The notes: a model not told the origin generated them from the letters alone. A stretch of DNA of 64,000 bases from an uncultured Verrucomicrobiae bacterium (GCA_963762565.1 CAVXLD010000014.1:32001-96000); one strand, 5' to 3'. Counted from the first letter of the stretch, positions 49,094 through 59,065 are shown. Numbers and translations are program-made.

Positions 49094-49423
49094 TTACTCG
49101 CCTATCTCCACGACCGGTATCGCTTCGCAAACCTCACGCCAGCCCGGAAAATTCCACGAGTTTGGGAACCCGGCGCATTGGTCAGGTTTCACTGGCTGGA
49201 TCCTGCAATTCTTACCTTCCAGAAAAACACAACTCCCATCGATCTTCTCCTCCAACGCCAATCCATCCCGTTGCGGCCGCAGACGGGTAAAACGCTGAAC
49301 AAATTCGTATTCCGAACATTGCAAAAAGCGGGCGATGGCTGAGATCTCGCGGTCGGAAATACGCACTAGCCCCGGCCAACGACAACAGTTTGTACAACGC
49401 TGGCAAACGTAACGTACCTTCAT
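49094..49423 (-). CDS. YkgJ-family cysteine-cluster protein
   Basis: CQRCTNCC, CVFL..C.I..KP.QC..FP. Confidence 0.85.
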   Translation of the reverse strand: MKVRYVCQRCTNCCRWPGLVRISDREISAIARFLQCSEYEFVQRFTRLRPQRDGLALEEKIDGSCVFLEGKNCRIQPVKPDQCAGFPNSWNFPGWREVCEAIPVVEIGE

Positions 49424-49470
49424 CGGCTTTGCTTTTCCGGGTGGGTCGTGTAACCGTTTTTGTTGTGAAT

Positions 49471-50013
49471 GTGACGCATACGATCGATCCCGATATTGAG
49501 ATGTCCGAACTGCTCCAGCGTTTTCCCGGCGCGCAGCGGGCTCTGTTTCGAAGCTATCATATCGGCGGATGTTCGAGCTGCGGTTTTCGTCCGGATGAGA
49601 CCTTAGCACAGGTCTGTGAGCGTAACGGTAGTCTGCCCGTCGAGGAGGTAACCGAGACGATCTTGGCCAGTCACGACGCTGAACAAAAGATGCAAATTTC
49701 GCCGGAAGATCTCTCCCGCCGTCTCCAAGAGCCTAATCCACCTGTGGTCGTCGACGTTCGTGGCCGGGAGGAATGGGATGCAGTTCATATCGAAAGCTCG
49801 CAGTTTTTGACTCAGGAACTCATGCAAGAGATGATGACTGCCTGGCCAAAAGAACGCGAGATAGCTTTTCTGTGTCATCACGGAGTTCGGAGTCTGGACG
49901 CTGCCTCTTACTTCGCGGGACATGGGTTTTCTAATGTTAAATCCGTGACGGGTGGGATTGACGCCTGGAGTGTACAAGTGGATCCATCCCTTCCGCGCTA
50001 CCAGGTGGAATAA
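49471..50013 (+). CDS. Rhodanese-domain protein with Cys-containing N-terminal domain
   Basis: YHIGGCSSC; VDVR, CHHGVRS, GGIDAWS. Confidence 0.85.
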   Translation: MTHTIDPDIEMSELLQRFPGAQRALFRSYHIGGCSSCGFRPDETLAQVCERNGSLPVEEVTETILASHDAEQKMQISPEDLSRRLQEPNPPVVVDVRGREEWDAVHIESSQFLTQELMQEMMTAWPKEREIAFLCHHGVRSLDAASYFAGHGFSNVKSVTGGIDAWSVQVDPSLPRYQVE

Positions 50014-50014
50014 T

Positions 50015-50494
50015 ATGAGCCAGCCAGAAGAGTTTTCTCAGAAGATAGAAGAAGCGTTGCGTAACCCCAGAAACCTGGGGGAGATGGAAGGCGCTGATGC
50101 CGTCGGCACGGTAGGAAGTGTTGATTGTGGAGATATGTTGCGGATGTGGGTGAAATTCAGGGAAGAGGGAGGAAAGCGAGTCATTGATCGGGCGACGTTT
50201 CAAACCTTTGGCTGCGAAACCGCGATTGCCGTGGCCAGTGTGGCCACAGAGTTGATCGCCGGTAAGACCCCGGAAGAAGCGTTGAAAATGGACAGCCGCG
50301 AACTTTCGGCGCCGCTGGGACCGTTACCCCCGGTAAAGATCCACTGTGCGCAACTGGTCGAAGGCGCTCTTCGCTCTGCTCTCGCACCGGAATCAGTGTC
50401 GGCGAAGACCGAAGCGCTCGCTCCCACACTATTGCAAAGTTTTCAAAGTGGCGACGCTAAGCCCAAACAGATACGATTGGAGCCACAGAAATGA
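50015..50494 (+). CDS. IscU/NifU-like Fe-S scaffold
   Basis: NPRNLG, CGDMLRM, FQTFGC, KIHC (three scaffold Cys). Confidence 0.88.
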   Translation: MSQPEEFSQKIEEALRNPRNLGEMEGADAVGTVGSVDCGDMLRMWVKFREEGGKRVIDRATFQTFGCETAIAVASVATELIAGKTPEEALKMDSRELSAPLGPLPPVKIHCAQLVEGALRSALAPESVSAKTEALAPTLLQSFQSGDAKPKQIRLEPQK

Positions 50495-51036
50495 GTGAAC
50501 ATCATGAAATTATTTTAAGCCGGGACACCGAGGCGATTCAGATTCCGGCAGGACTGAAAACCACGATCCCGGCCGACACCAAGGTGATCATTACCCAGAA
50601 CTTGGGCGGCAGTTATACGATTGCTTGCGACTACGGGTTGTTTCGGATCAACGAAACCGATGCCGATGCCCTTGGCCTGGAGCGAAAAGCGTCGGATGAA
50701 AAGGCGTCACATCCGCCTGGAGAGGTCGCAGAGGAAGCGGTCTGGGATCAGCTGCGGACGGTTTATGATCCTGAGATTCCCGTCAATATTGTCGATCTGG
50801 GCCTGGTCTATGACTGCCAGGTTACAAGCTCGACCGATGGCGAAACACATGTGGATGTCAAAATGACTTTGACCGCGCCCGGCTGCGGCATGGGACCCGC
50901 TATCGCCCAGGACGCCAGACTAAAGATTTTAGCAATTCCAGGCGTAGACGAGGCCGATGTTGAGCTGGTGTGGGATCCTCCTTGGAGCCAGGAGATGATC
51001 AGCGAAGCCGGCAAAATGAAGCTCGGGCTCATTTAG
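50491..51036 (+). CDS. sufT: SufT/DUF59 Fe-S assembly protein with N-terminal extension
   Basis: VYDPEIPVNIVDLGLVY, MTLTAPGCGMG, VWDPPW. Confidence 0.88.
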   Translation: MSEHHEIILSRDTEAIQIPAGLKTTIPADTKVIITQNLGGSYTIACDYGLFRINETDADALGLERKASDEKASHPPGEVAEEAVWDQLRTVYDPEIPVNIVDLGLVYDCQVTSSTDGETHVDVKMTLTAPGCGMGPAIAQDARLKILAIPGVDEADVELVWDPPWSQEMISEAGKMKLGLI

Positions 51037-51042
51037 CCGGCG

Positions 51043-51144
51043 GAATGACAGATGACAGATGACAAATCACAAATGACAAATATGATCCTTACGGGAAACC
51101 TGGGCGGCGAATATTTGTCATCTGTCATTTGTCATTTGTCATTC
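51043..51144. repeat. (atgacar) inverted-arm element
   Basis: gaatgacagatgacagatgacaaat.. / ..atttgtcatctgtcatttgtcatttgtcattc. Confidence 0.88.
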
Positions 51145-51182
51145 TGAGTGCTACTGTCGCCGCTCCCAACGCATTTAAAGTC

Positions 51183-51338
51183 ATGTCACAGCATCGTAGT
51201 TTAAAAGGAGCCAGCACCATCCAGACTAAGAGAAACGTGCTGAAAAGGTTTGAGCGAGTCGAGCTCCTGAAGAAACGTGGGGTTTTTAAGCCCGGTGATC
51301 GCGTGATTGGTTTACCCAAGACTAAGCCAGACGCGTAA
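51183..51338 (+). CDS. PVC-superphylum small basic protein
   Basis: MSQHRSLK..KRNVLKRFER...GLPK, 51 aa, very basic; recalled as the PVC signature family. Confidence 0.82.
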   Translation: MSQHRSLKGASTIQTKRNVLKRFERVELLKKRGVFKPGDRVIGLPKTKPDA

Positions 51339-51391
51339 AGCGGCAGCGGATAGCGGCGAGACGCTAGAAAACGCTCCGGCTGGGCACGTTT

Positions 51392-51666
51392 AGTAATCAG
51401 TAATCAGTAATCACTAATCAGTAACCAGTTTAGGAGCTGGGAGCTAGAATCTAGGAGCCAGGAGGGCGGCGCATGCGGACTTGGCGAATTGTCCGCTGGT
51501 CTCGATTGCTAGGCGTAGCGAACACCCACTGCTTCGACTCCTCGCTTCCGTTACAATTGTGCGCCCCTGATGCTGGAGACATACGTGCCTTGCGCGCATC
51601 CTCCTAGCTCCTAGATTCTAGCTCCCAGCTCCTACACTGATTACTGACCCACTGATTACTGATTAC
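51392..51666. repeat. Nested (agtaatc) outer and (ggagcta) inner inverted-arm element
   Basis: Inner arms 51431-51634 share ggagctagaatctaggagc with the 29280 element; outer motif shared with 40728. Confidence 0.88.
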
Positions 51667-51680
51667 CTTGTTTTTTTGCC

Positions 51681-52382
51681 ATGCGCCTGAACCGTTATCT
51701 GGCCCAGTCCGGCATTGCCTCCCGGCGAGCAGTCGAGGAGATCATCCTAGCCGATAGAGTAACAGTTAACGGCGCCGTTTGTACTGAGCTTAGTCGCCAG
51801 GTAGCTCCTACGGACTCGGTGAAGGTCGACGGCAAACTCGTTCGACCCACGGAACCAATCTACGTCCTCCTTAACAAGCCGGTCGACTACGTGACGACCA
51901 GGTCCGACGATCGCTCTAGACCGACAATCTACCAGCTGCTCCCCAAGAACTTTCATCAATTGGCGCATGTTGGCCGCCTGGATATCGATTCCGAAGGGCT
52001 CTTGATTCTCACAAATGACGGCGATCTGACCCTTCATCTGACTCATCCCAGGTACAAGGTGTCGAAAGAATATCTGGTGACTTTAGATCGTGAATTTGCG
52101 ATGGCGGATGTTCCGAAGGTTAAACGAGGCGTCTATTTGGCCGAGGGGCGAGCCCGGTTCGATTCACTTACTAAGCTTAACTCTCGTCAGGTTCGAGTGA
52201 TCCTGACCCAAGGGCTCACCCGCCAGGTACGCCGCGTCTTTGCTGCTATCGGGTACAAGGTGAGAAGGCTCCAGAGGACCAGGATTGGGCCATTGTTTGA
52301 TACGGCCCTCAAGCCAGGTGAGTACAGGTTGCTCCGCCCAGCCGAGGTGGCGAAGCTTCGGGGTCGACGGGAAGCGGAGTAA
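51681..52382 (+). CDS. rRNA pseudouridine synthase (RsuA/RluB family)
   Basis: S4 domain MRLNRYLA..SRR, LNKP, VGRLD..SEGLL.LTNDG. Confidence 0.92.
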   Translation: MRLNRYLAQSGIASRRAVEEIILADRVTVNGAVCTELSRQVAPTDSVKVDGKLVRPTEPIYVLLNKPVDYVTTRSDDRSRPTIYQLLPKNFHQLAHVGRLDIDSEGLLILTNDGDLTLHLTHPRYKVSKEYLVTLDREFAMADVPKVKRGVYLAEGRARFDSLTKLNSRQVRVILTQGLTRQVRRVFAAIGYKVRRLQRTRIGPLFDTALKPGEYRLLRPAEVAKLRGRREAE

Positions 52383-52389
52383 AGGCGTC

Positions 52390-52478
52390 ATGAACTCCGA
52401 TGCTATAACCAGCCCTTCAAGTTCGAACTATGTCATGGGCCGGACGAGTGAGGAATATGAACGTTTGCGTCGTCGTAA
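52390..52478 (+). pseudogene. Possible 5' remnant of a SAM-dependent methyltransferase gene
   Basis: MNSDAITSPSSSNYVMGRTSEEYERLRRR resembles the Y-x-x-G-x-x-x-x-E-x-x-R-L leader of class I methyltransferases; runs into repeats. Confidence 0.4.
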
Positions 52479-52516
52479 GGCGTTTCGTTCTCCGACTGTG
52501 TGCAGGCCCATGGCCC

Positions 52517-52848
52517 GGGAGGGATCGCGTCCTCGCGATCCGTCGTTACCGACGTCGAGGACGTGTTGTGATCGCGGAGGAAAACACACCCTTGGGGTGC
52601 TGGCACGTCCTCGCGGTGCGCGGGGACGCGCGCCCTCCCCGAATACGTGACCACGAGCCCATCGCTGGGAGGGATCGCGTCCTCGCGATCCGCCGTTAAC
52701 GAAGTCGAGCACGTGTTCTAATCGCCGACAAAAATACACCCTTGGGTTCTGGCACGTCCTCGCGGCGCGCGGGGATCCGACGTCGCCTGCGTGGGAGAAA
52801 AATCGATTGGATGCATCAGGCTATGTCGGACAGGCAACGCGCCCTCCC
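52517..52848. mobile_element. Tandem family-B elements (52517-52639; 52667-52848 with ~59-bp insert)
   Basis: Two direct copies with similar cores; the second carries the same insert as the 35236 copy. Confidence 0.85.
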
Positions 52849-52902
52849 CGAATTGCGCCCCGCGAATGAGGGGTTGGGGTGCTTTTAGCATTCCTCTAAA
52901 AC

Positions 52903-53781
52903 CTAAGCTGTTGCTCCCTCTCGAAAGAACGCAACCGCGTCGTCGATTGACGTTTCAGCGTTAATAGGCACAAATGGTTGCTTCTTGAACCAAGTTATTT
53001 GCCTTCTTGCGTATTGCCGCGTCGCCGCCTGGATCGTCTGGAGGCAGTCCTCGAAAGAGATCGCTTCGAGCAAGAACTCGCGGATCTCGGGTACCCCGAT
53101 CATTTGGGCTGCGGTCGGGCTCAAGTCGCCTGCGGAGGCTACTTCTTGGATCGCGCCGTTCTCTAACATCCACCTGACCCGTTGGTCGATCCGATTGTGC
53201 AGCTGCTCTCTCGGTCGGGTTAACAATAACCCACGAAATTTCGCCTCGTTAGGGTTTGAGCGCCGATAGGCAGAGAAGGGCTTACCTGTCATCCGAATGA
53301 CTTCCAGCGCGCGCTCGACTCGGCGCCGGTTGTGTTGATCGATTCGATCAAATGTTACCAGGTCTGAACGCTGGAGCTCCGAGAGCAAAGCCTCTAAAGC
53401 CTGTCCGGCCAGTTGCCTTCGGACCTCGGGATCACTGGGCGGCAGGTCGGGAAGAGGGTTCAAGAGCGCTTCAATATAAAAGCCCGAACCTCCGACCAGA
53501 ATCGGCGCCAATCCTCGCTGGTTAAGCTTCTGGATTTCCGCTGCAGCGAGGGCAGCATACCGCGCCGCGTCACAACTCTCCGTTACAGGCAAAGTGCCGA
53601 TGAGATGATGTCTGACTCGGCTTTGTAAAGCTGATGAAGGCTTTCCCGATAAAGTCTGAAACCCTTGGTAAATTTGAAAGGCATCCGCCCCGACGATCTC
53701 GGTTCCGAGCCGTTCGGCGATTTCGACGGCGAATTCGCTCTTACCGACAGCAGTGGGTCCGGCCAGGACGAAGAATCGCAT
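52903..53781 (-). CDS. miaA: tRNA dimethylallyltransferase
   Basis: GPTAVGKS, DAFQIY, VGGSGFY, RRVERALEV, TRQYARRQITWF. Confidence 0.95.
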   Translation of the reverse strand: MRFFVLAGPTAVGKSEFAVEIAERLGTEIVGADAFQIYQGFQTLSGKPSSALQSRVRHHLIGTLPVTESCDAARYAALAAAEIQKLNQRGLAPILVGGSGFYIEALLNPLPDLPPSDPEVRRQLAGQALEALLSELQRSDLVTFDRIDQHNRRRVERALEVIRMTGKPFSAYRRSNPNEAKFRGLLLTRPREQLHNRIDQRVRWMLENGAIQEVASAGDLSPTAAQMIGVPEIREFLLEAISFEDCLQTIQAATRQYARRQITWFKKQPFVPINAETSIDDAVAFFREGATA

Positions 53782-53854
53782 GGCATTCACTTAGTGTCCT
53801 GTCCCACAAATAGGCCGGCGGCGAAAGCCATGTTATTTATGGGACAGGACAGAC

Positions 53855-53896
53855 AAAAAAAAGAAACCCGCTTCTGTAAAAACAAAAGCGGGTTTC
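53855..53896 (-). terminator. Rho-independent terminator after the RRM gene
   Basis: Stem gaaacccgctt / aagcgggtttc followed by T8 on the minus strand. Confidence 0.8.
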
Positions 53897-53915
53897 AAGC
53901 TCTGTTGGAGGAACG

Positions 53916-54461
53916 TTACGTAGCGCGTTCGATATCTGGTGTCTTCGCACCGCTGACCACAAGCTTGCGTCCAAGAAACTCTTTGTCATGGAGTTCTTTA
54001 ACTGCTCGCCTAGCTTCCTCGAGCGTCGTCATCTGGACGAACGCGAATCCTTTCGAGCGCTGGGTATACTTGTGGCAGACCACTTCAGCGTTACGCACTT
54101 GGCCGACCCCGTTAAAGAGATCAAACAAGTCGCTTTCGGTGGCATCGAACGAGAGGTTACCTACATAGAGCTTAGGAGAGGTAACCTCGACCAGTTCAGG
54201 CTTACGACTTATTTTTTCTTTCGTCGCGCCATTCTGACCCTGTCTCTCGATAGGTTTGGGAGGGGCCGCTACTTGAGGGCCCTTAAAGAAAGCGATAACT
54301 CGCTGCCAAAACGTGAGTTTTGCTTTTGGTTTTGGGTTTGCGCTTGGGGCACCTACTGGGGCAGAGCGTTTGCGGCGTCCCCTACGAGAGCGTCGTCCTG
54401 AGTAATGCATTGATTGGGATTTCATTGGGTCACGAGTATGAAGTTCATCGGTGAAGGGCAT
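53916..54461 (-). CDS. RRM RNA-binding protein with Arg-rich N-terminus (start uncertain)
   Basis: RNP2 KLYVGNL and RNP1 KGFAFVQM. Confidence 0.88.
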   Translation of the reverse strand: MPFTDELHTRDPMKSQSMHYSGRRSRRGRRKRSAPVGAPSANPKPKAKLTFWQRVIAFFKGPQVAAPPKPIERQGQNGATKEKISRKPELVEVTSPKLYVGNLSFDATESDLFDLFNGVGQVRNAEVVCHKYTQRSKGFAFVQMTTLEEARRAVKELHDKEFLGRKLVVSGAKTPDIERAT

Positions 54462-54740
54462 GCATTACGCACACTGAGAAAGAACAGTTTGGGCCGAAAT
54501 AACCCTCTAACCCAAGGCCTTCACCCTGACTGACGAGATTTGCCGTCGTAATTACTGTGTGAGCGTCCAGCCGAGCTATCCCGATTAAGGGGATCGCCAT
54601 GCTAAGGAGAGAATTCCACAAACAAAGCGACCTTGCCCACTAGATTCCGGGCTCACAAGCCATCACCCCGGATCTCCCGTCGTTACGATAGATCTATAGT
54701 TGAATCTGCGAGCTAGGGCAAACGCTTTATCGGATCTGTC

Positions 54741-55071
54741 AATCGTAATCGTCCTCGTCGTTGAATGAAGGGCCCAGTGGCCCCCCTTGCCCAGCGCTCG
54801 GAGGGGAGCCGCTTTGTAGGTCAGCAGATCTGTAATATTGCAGCAGGCGGCTCCCGGGAAGGGCAGAGGGTTTAGCACGCTACCTGATGAGGTGTAATCT
54901 AATCCACCGGCGAAAACCCCTCGGTAAGAGCTTGGCGCTGGGTAATTCCCGGGAGCCGCCTGTCAGCAACAGATAGAACTACCACGCGATAAAGCGGCTC
55001 CCCTCCGCACGCTGGGTGGGCGATACCGTTGCGGCCTTCTTTTCGAGGACGAGGACAACGACGAGAACGAT
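54741..55071. mobile_element. Family-A element (54799-55007) inside inverted (gtcctc/gaggac) arms
   Basis: cggaggggagccgcttt / aaagcggctcccctccg; outer aatcgtaatcgtcctcgtcg / cgaggacgaggacaacgacgagaacgatt. Confidence 0.8.
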
Positions 55072-55086
55072 TACCAGTAGTCGCCC

Positions 55087-58000
55087 CTATGCAACCCGGC
55101 CGTGGCAATTCTTATATTTTTTGCCGCTTCCGCAGGGGCAAGGCTCATTTCGACCGACTGTGACTGTCCTTTGCCGTTGAGGGATCACCAGCTCTACTTC
55201 GCCATCGCCATCACCGTTATCATCGGTTTGACCGCCACCGCTCAACCCAAGATTTTCCCGCCTTGGGATCGGCCCGGGTCCGGGTCGAGTTGCTGGGGCT
55301 TGCCCTAAATCGGGAGCGTTCAGACCAAATGGAAGCGTGGCCAGGAACTGTTCGAACGCCATTAGATTGGTGGTGCTTCTAAAGAGATTCGAAAGCACCT
55401 CGCTCTTAATGTTTCCCATCAGCTGGCTGAACATCTCGTAGGCTTCCGCCTTATACTCCACCAGAGGATCCTTTTGGCCGTAGCTGCGCAGATAAATACC
55501 CTCACGCAGCCCGTCCATGGCATAGAGATGCTCTTGCCAAAGCCGGTCGATCGCATTCAAAAGGATGTAGCGCTCGAGACCGGCCACGGCTTCGCTTTCT
55601 TCATGCTGAACCTTGTGTCCGTAGGCGGTTTTGATCTTCTCGATAATAAACGCCGAATTTTCCTCGAGGGTCCGGGTCTGCAAATTTGCAGTTGAACGAC
55701 TGAGAGCCAGCGGGAATGTCGTGTTAACCCATTGTAGCAACCCGTCTGCGTTAGGATCCGAGCCATCGACCGGTTCCAGGTATTCGCGAACCCTCTCCGG
55801 CACAACGTCGTCGACGATTTCGAAAATCATTTTCCGTGGGTCGGTGGTTTCAAGCGCCTCATTACGCAAGGTGTAAATCACCTCGCGTTGCTTGTTCATC
55901 ACATCGTCGAAGTCGAGGGTCCGTTTTCGGATCTGATAATTCCGTTGTTCTACTCGCTTCTGCGCGGTCTCGACGCTCTTATTAAGCCAGACATGCTCGA
56001 GCTCTTCGCCCTCTTTAAGACCGAACCGCTCCATCATTGCGGTCATTCGTTCAGAGGCGCCAAAATTACGCATCAAATCGTCCTCGAAACTGACGTAGAA
56101 TCGCGAGGAGCCCGGGTCACCTTGTCGAGCACAACGGCCCCGCAGCTGGCGGTCAACCCGGCGTGACTCGTGTCGCTCGGTAGCCAGAACATGTAGACCG
56201 CCTAGCTCCGGAACGCCGTCGCCGAGCTTAATGTCAGTTCCGCGACCAGCCATGTTGGTGGATATGGTCACGGTCCCACGCTGCCCCGCTCGCGCCACGA
56301 TTTCGGCCTCTTGCCGGTGATACTTAGCGTTGAGGACATTGTGCGGGATTTTTTCCCGCTTCAGCATCCGTGACACTAGCTCTGAAGCTTCCACCGACGC
56401 CGTTCCAACCAAAACCGGCTGCCCCTTTGCGTAACAGTTTCTGATTTCATCAATGACCGCGTTGTACTTCTCGCGCCGGGTCTTATAAATCCGGTCGTTG
56501 TTGTCTTTTCGGACACAAGGTCGATTCGTCGGAATCACCACCACGTCCAGCTTATAAATATCGTGAAATTCGTTGGCCTCGGTCTCGGCCGTTCCCGTCA
56601 TTCCGGCTAGTTTATGGTAGAGCCGGAAATAGTTCTGAATGGTGATCGTCGCTAAGGTCTGCGTTTCCCGGTCAATTTGGACGCCTTCTTTGGCCTCAAC
56701 CGCTTGATGCAGGCCGTCGCTCCAACGGCGTCCCGGCATCTTGCGCCCGGTGTGCTCGTCCACGATGATAACTTTGTTTTCTTCGACCACGTACTCGACG
56801 TCCTTCTCGAAGAGGCAATAAGCCCGCAGCAATTGCGAGATGTTGTGAATCCGCTCGGCCTGGCTATCGCAGTACTGCTGTCTGGCCCGCTTTCTCTCGT
56901 CCTTCTGTTCGGAGGTTAGATTCGGGTCCAGATCGATTTCGGTAAATTCACTGATCAGGTCGGGCAGAACAAATGCGTCCGGCTCATCCGGATTCAGATA
57001 GGAACGCCCCATTTCTGAGAGGTCCGCTTCCTGTTGGCGCTCGTTAATGGCGAAGTAGAGCTCTTCCTTCAGGGCAAATAGTTCGTCCTTCCGCGAGTCC
57101 TGATAAAACGAAAGCTCAGATTTATCGAGCGCTTTGCGGTTTTCCGGGTCTTCCATCATCCGGAGAAGGGCTTTGTTTCTTGGCTGACCTAGCTTCACCT
57201 TAAACAGGAGCCGGCCCGCTTCTTCGAAAGCTTCCTTGTCCAAAGCCTCTTTGGCCTCCGAAACCAGCCGAGTACAAAGCATCGTCTGTCGTTTCACCAA
57301 CTGTTCGACCAAGGGCTTAAATTTGTCGTACTGGTGAGATGAAACCGTGGCTGGACCGCTGATGATCAATGGCGTTCTGGCCTCGTCGATCAGGATTGAG
57401 TCGACCTCATCGACGATCGCATAGTAGTGACCTCGTTGGACCTGCTGTTCTTTCGAGGTCGCCATCCCATTGTCACGGAGATAATCGAATCCGAATTCGC
57501 TGTTGGTGCCGTAGGTGAAATCGCAATCGTACTGCGCTTTCCTTTCGACTGGCGATTGGTCGTGTTGAATGCAGCCGACCGTCAGGCCAAGGGATTTGTA
57601 TATTTCGCCCATCCACTCAGCGTCACGTCTGGCCAGGTAATCGTTAACCGTGACCAGATGAACTCCCCGGCCAGAAAGAGCGTTTAAGTACAGGGGACAG
57701 GTTGCAACCAGGGTCTTGCCTTCGCCGGTCGCCATTTCGGCGATTTTCCCCTGATGCAGCCCAATGCCACCCATCAGCTGCACGTCGAAGTGGATCATAT
57801 TCCACGTCACAGGTTGATCGCAGACCGGCCAAGTCTTGTCCCAAAGCCGGCGAGCTACATTCTTCACCAGAGCGAATGCTTCCGGCAGGAGTTCGTTAAG
57901 CCGGCGCGCCAGCTCCTCCGGATCGTCGATGTTTACCAAATCCGCCTTCCAACCGAGGCTCTTAGCGCGGACCTCTTCATCGCTTAGCTTCTGGTACTCT

Positions 58001-58098
58001 TCTTCCAGCGCGTTGATCCGAGCGACCAACGGCCGCAGCCGGCGTACCTCACGCTGGTTCTTTGATCCCAGGATCGCCTTTAATACCAAGTTAGCCAT
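55087..58098 (-). CDS. secA: Preprotein translocase ATPase SecA
   Basis: [48 protein letters not shown]-terminal [13 protein letters not shown]. Confidence 0.98.
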   Translation of the reverse strand: MANLVLKAILGSKNQREVRRLRPLVARINALEEEYQKLSDEEVRAKSLGWKADLVNIDDPEELARRLNELLPEAFALVKNVARRLWDKTWPVCDQPVTWNMIHFDVQLMGGIGLHQGKIAEMATGEGKTLVATCPLYLNALSGRGVHLVTVNDYLARRDAEWMGEIYKSLGLTVGCIQHDQSPVERKAQYDCDFTYGTNSEFGFDYLRDNGMATSKEQQVQRGHYYAIVDEVDSILIDEARTPLIISGPATVSSHQYDKFKPLVEQLVKRQTMLCTRLVSEAKEALDKEAFEEAGRLLFKVKLGQPRNKALLRMMEDPENRKALDKSELSFYQDSRKDELFALKEELYFAINERQQEADLSEMGRSYLNPDEPDAFVLPDLISEFTEIDLDPNLTSEQKDERKRARQQYCDSQAERIHNISQLLRAYCLFEKDVEYVVEENKVIIVDEHTGRKMPGRRWSDGLHQAVEAKEGVQIDRETQTLATITIQNYFRLYHKLAGMTGTAETEANEFHDIYKLDVVVIPTNRPCVRKDNNDRIYKTRREKYNAVIDEIRNCYAKGQPVLVGTASVEASELVSRMLKREKIPHNVLNAKYHRQEAEIVARAGQRGTVTISTNMAGRGTDIKLGDGVPELGGLHVLATERHESRRVDRQLRGRCARQGDPGSSRFYVSFEDDLMRNFGASERMTAMMERFGLKEGEELEHVWLNKSVETAQKRVEQRNYQIRKRTLDFDDVMNKQREVIYTLRNEALETTDPRKMIFEIVDDVVPERVREYLEPVDGSDPNADGLLQWVNTTFPLALSRSTANLQTRTLEENSAFIIEKIKTAYGHKVQHEESEAVAGLERYILLNAIDRLWQEHLYAMDGLREGIYLRSYGQKDPLVEYKAEAYEMFSQLMGNIKSEVLSNLFRSTTNLMAFEQFLATLPFGLNAPDLGQAPATRPGPGPIPRRENLGLSGGGQTDDNGDGDGEVELVIPQRQRTVTVGRNEPCPCGSGKKYKNCHGRVA

Positions 58099-58110
58099 AA
58101 CCGCATTATA

Positions 58111-58677
58111 TCATTTGCTGCCCGGCTTCACTGCCGGGATTGATACCAGGTCTGGCGGCAATTGATCCGGGCTGAACGTCTCAACGTCTAGACGTGCCAA
58201 ACTTTCGAATCGGCACCCGAAGTTTGGCCGGTGTTCGCCGCTTCGGTCCACTATTGATCCAACTGCCACTACCGACCCACCATTTTGTTTCACAATGTCG
58301 ATTGTTTCCTGAACTTTTCCACCTCTGGTTACGACGTCTTCAGCCACCAGGAATCGCTCTCCCGATTTTATCGTAAACCCCCGCCGGAGAACGAGTTTCC
58401 CATTCTCCTTCTCCGAGAAGATATGTCGCTTACCTAAATGACGAGCTACTTCCTGGCCCACGATGATTCCGCCCAGAGCCGGCGAAATAACCGAATCGCA
58501 CTCCACATCCCTCAATTTCGCAGCCAATTCGCCGCAGATTTGCGCGGCCAAATCCGAGTATTGCAACACCAAGGCGCACTGGAAATATTCCCGGCTATGT
58601 AGGCCTGAACTGAGAATGAAGTGTCCTCGCAGCAAGGCTCCGGATCGCTCGAATAGCTCTACAATCGGTTCGGGCAC
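58111..58677 (-). CDS. pyrE: Orotate phosphoribosyltransferase
   Basis: GHFILSSGLHS, SPALGG, LVAEDVVTRG, KPGS; GTG start inferred. Confidence 0.92.
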   Translation of the reverse strand: MPEPIVELFERSGALLRGHFILSSGLHSREYFQCALVLQYSDLAAQICGELAAKLRDVECDSVISPALGGIIVGQEVARHLGKRHIFSEKENGKLVLRRGFTIKSGERFLVAEDVVTRGGKVQETIDIVKQNGGSVVAVGSIVDRSGEHRPNFGCRFESLARLDVETFSPDQLPPDLVSIPAVKPGSK

Positions 58678-58681
58678 AGTC

Positions 58682-59065
58682 TCAGGAAGGTTTAAGAGCA
58701 ATCGCCTCGATCTCGACCTTGGCGCCCTTCGGAAGAGCCGCCACTTGAACGGTCGAACGGGCGGGCGATCCTTCCGGAAAGAATTCACCGTACACTTTGT
58801 TCATTGCGGCGAAATCGTTGAGGTCGGTTAGAAACACAGTTGTTTTTACGACGTGCGCGTAGGAACTCCCTCCCGCCTTTAGTACGGCACCCATGTTCTC
58901 GAGGACCTGCCGAGCTTGAGCACTAATATCATCTCCGACCAAATCTCCCGTTTTCGGTACTATGGGGATCTGACCTGAACAGAACAGAAATTGACCCGCC
59001 CCGATCGCCTGGGAGTAAGGCCCTATCGCGCCAGGTGCGTCAGCCGAGGATACAACCGTCTTCAT
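58682..59065 (-). CDS. ridA: RidA family enamine deaminase
   Basis: [35 protein letters not shown]. Confidence 0.93.
   Translation of the reverse strand: MKTVVSSADAPGAIGPYSQAIGAGQFLFCSGQIPIVPKTGDLVGDDISAQARQVLENMGAVLKAGGSSYAHVVKTTVFLTDLNDFAAMNKVYGEFFPEGSPARSTVQVAALPKGAKVEIEAIALKPS

Noticed and set aside
48861..49342. ORFs 48861-49298 and 48923-49342
   Set aside because: Repeat-derived and antisense to the YkgJ gene
52517..52848. Direct repeats resembling a CRISPR array
   Set aside because: Only two long units with similar cores, the family is dispersed, and there are no cas genes or regular repeat-spacer period
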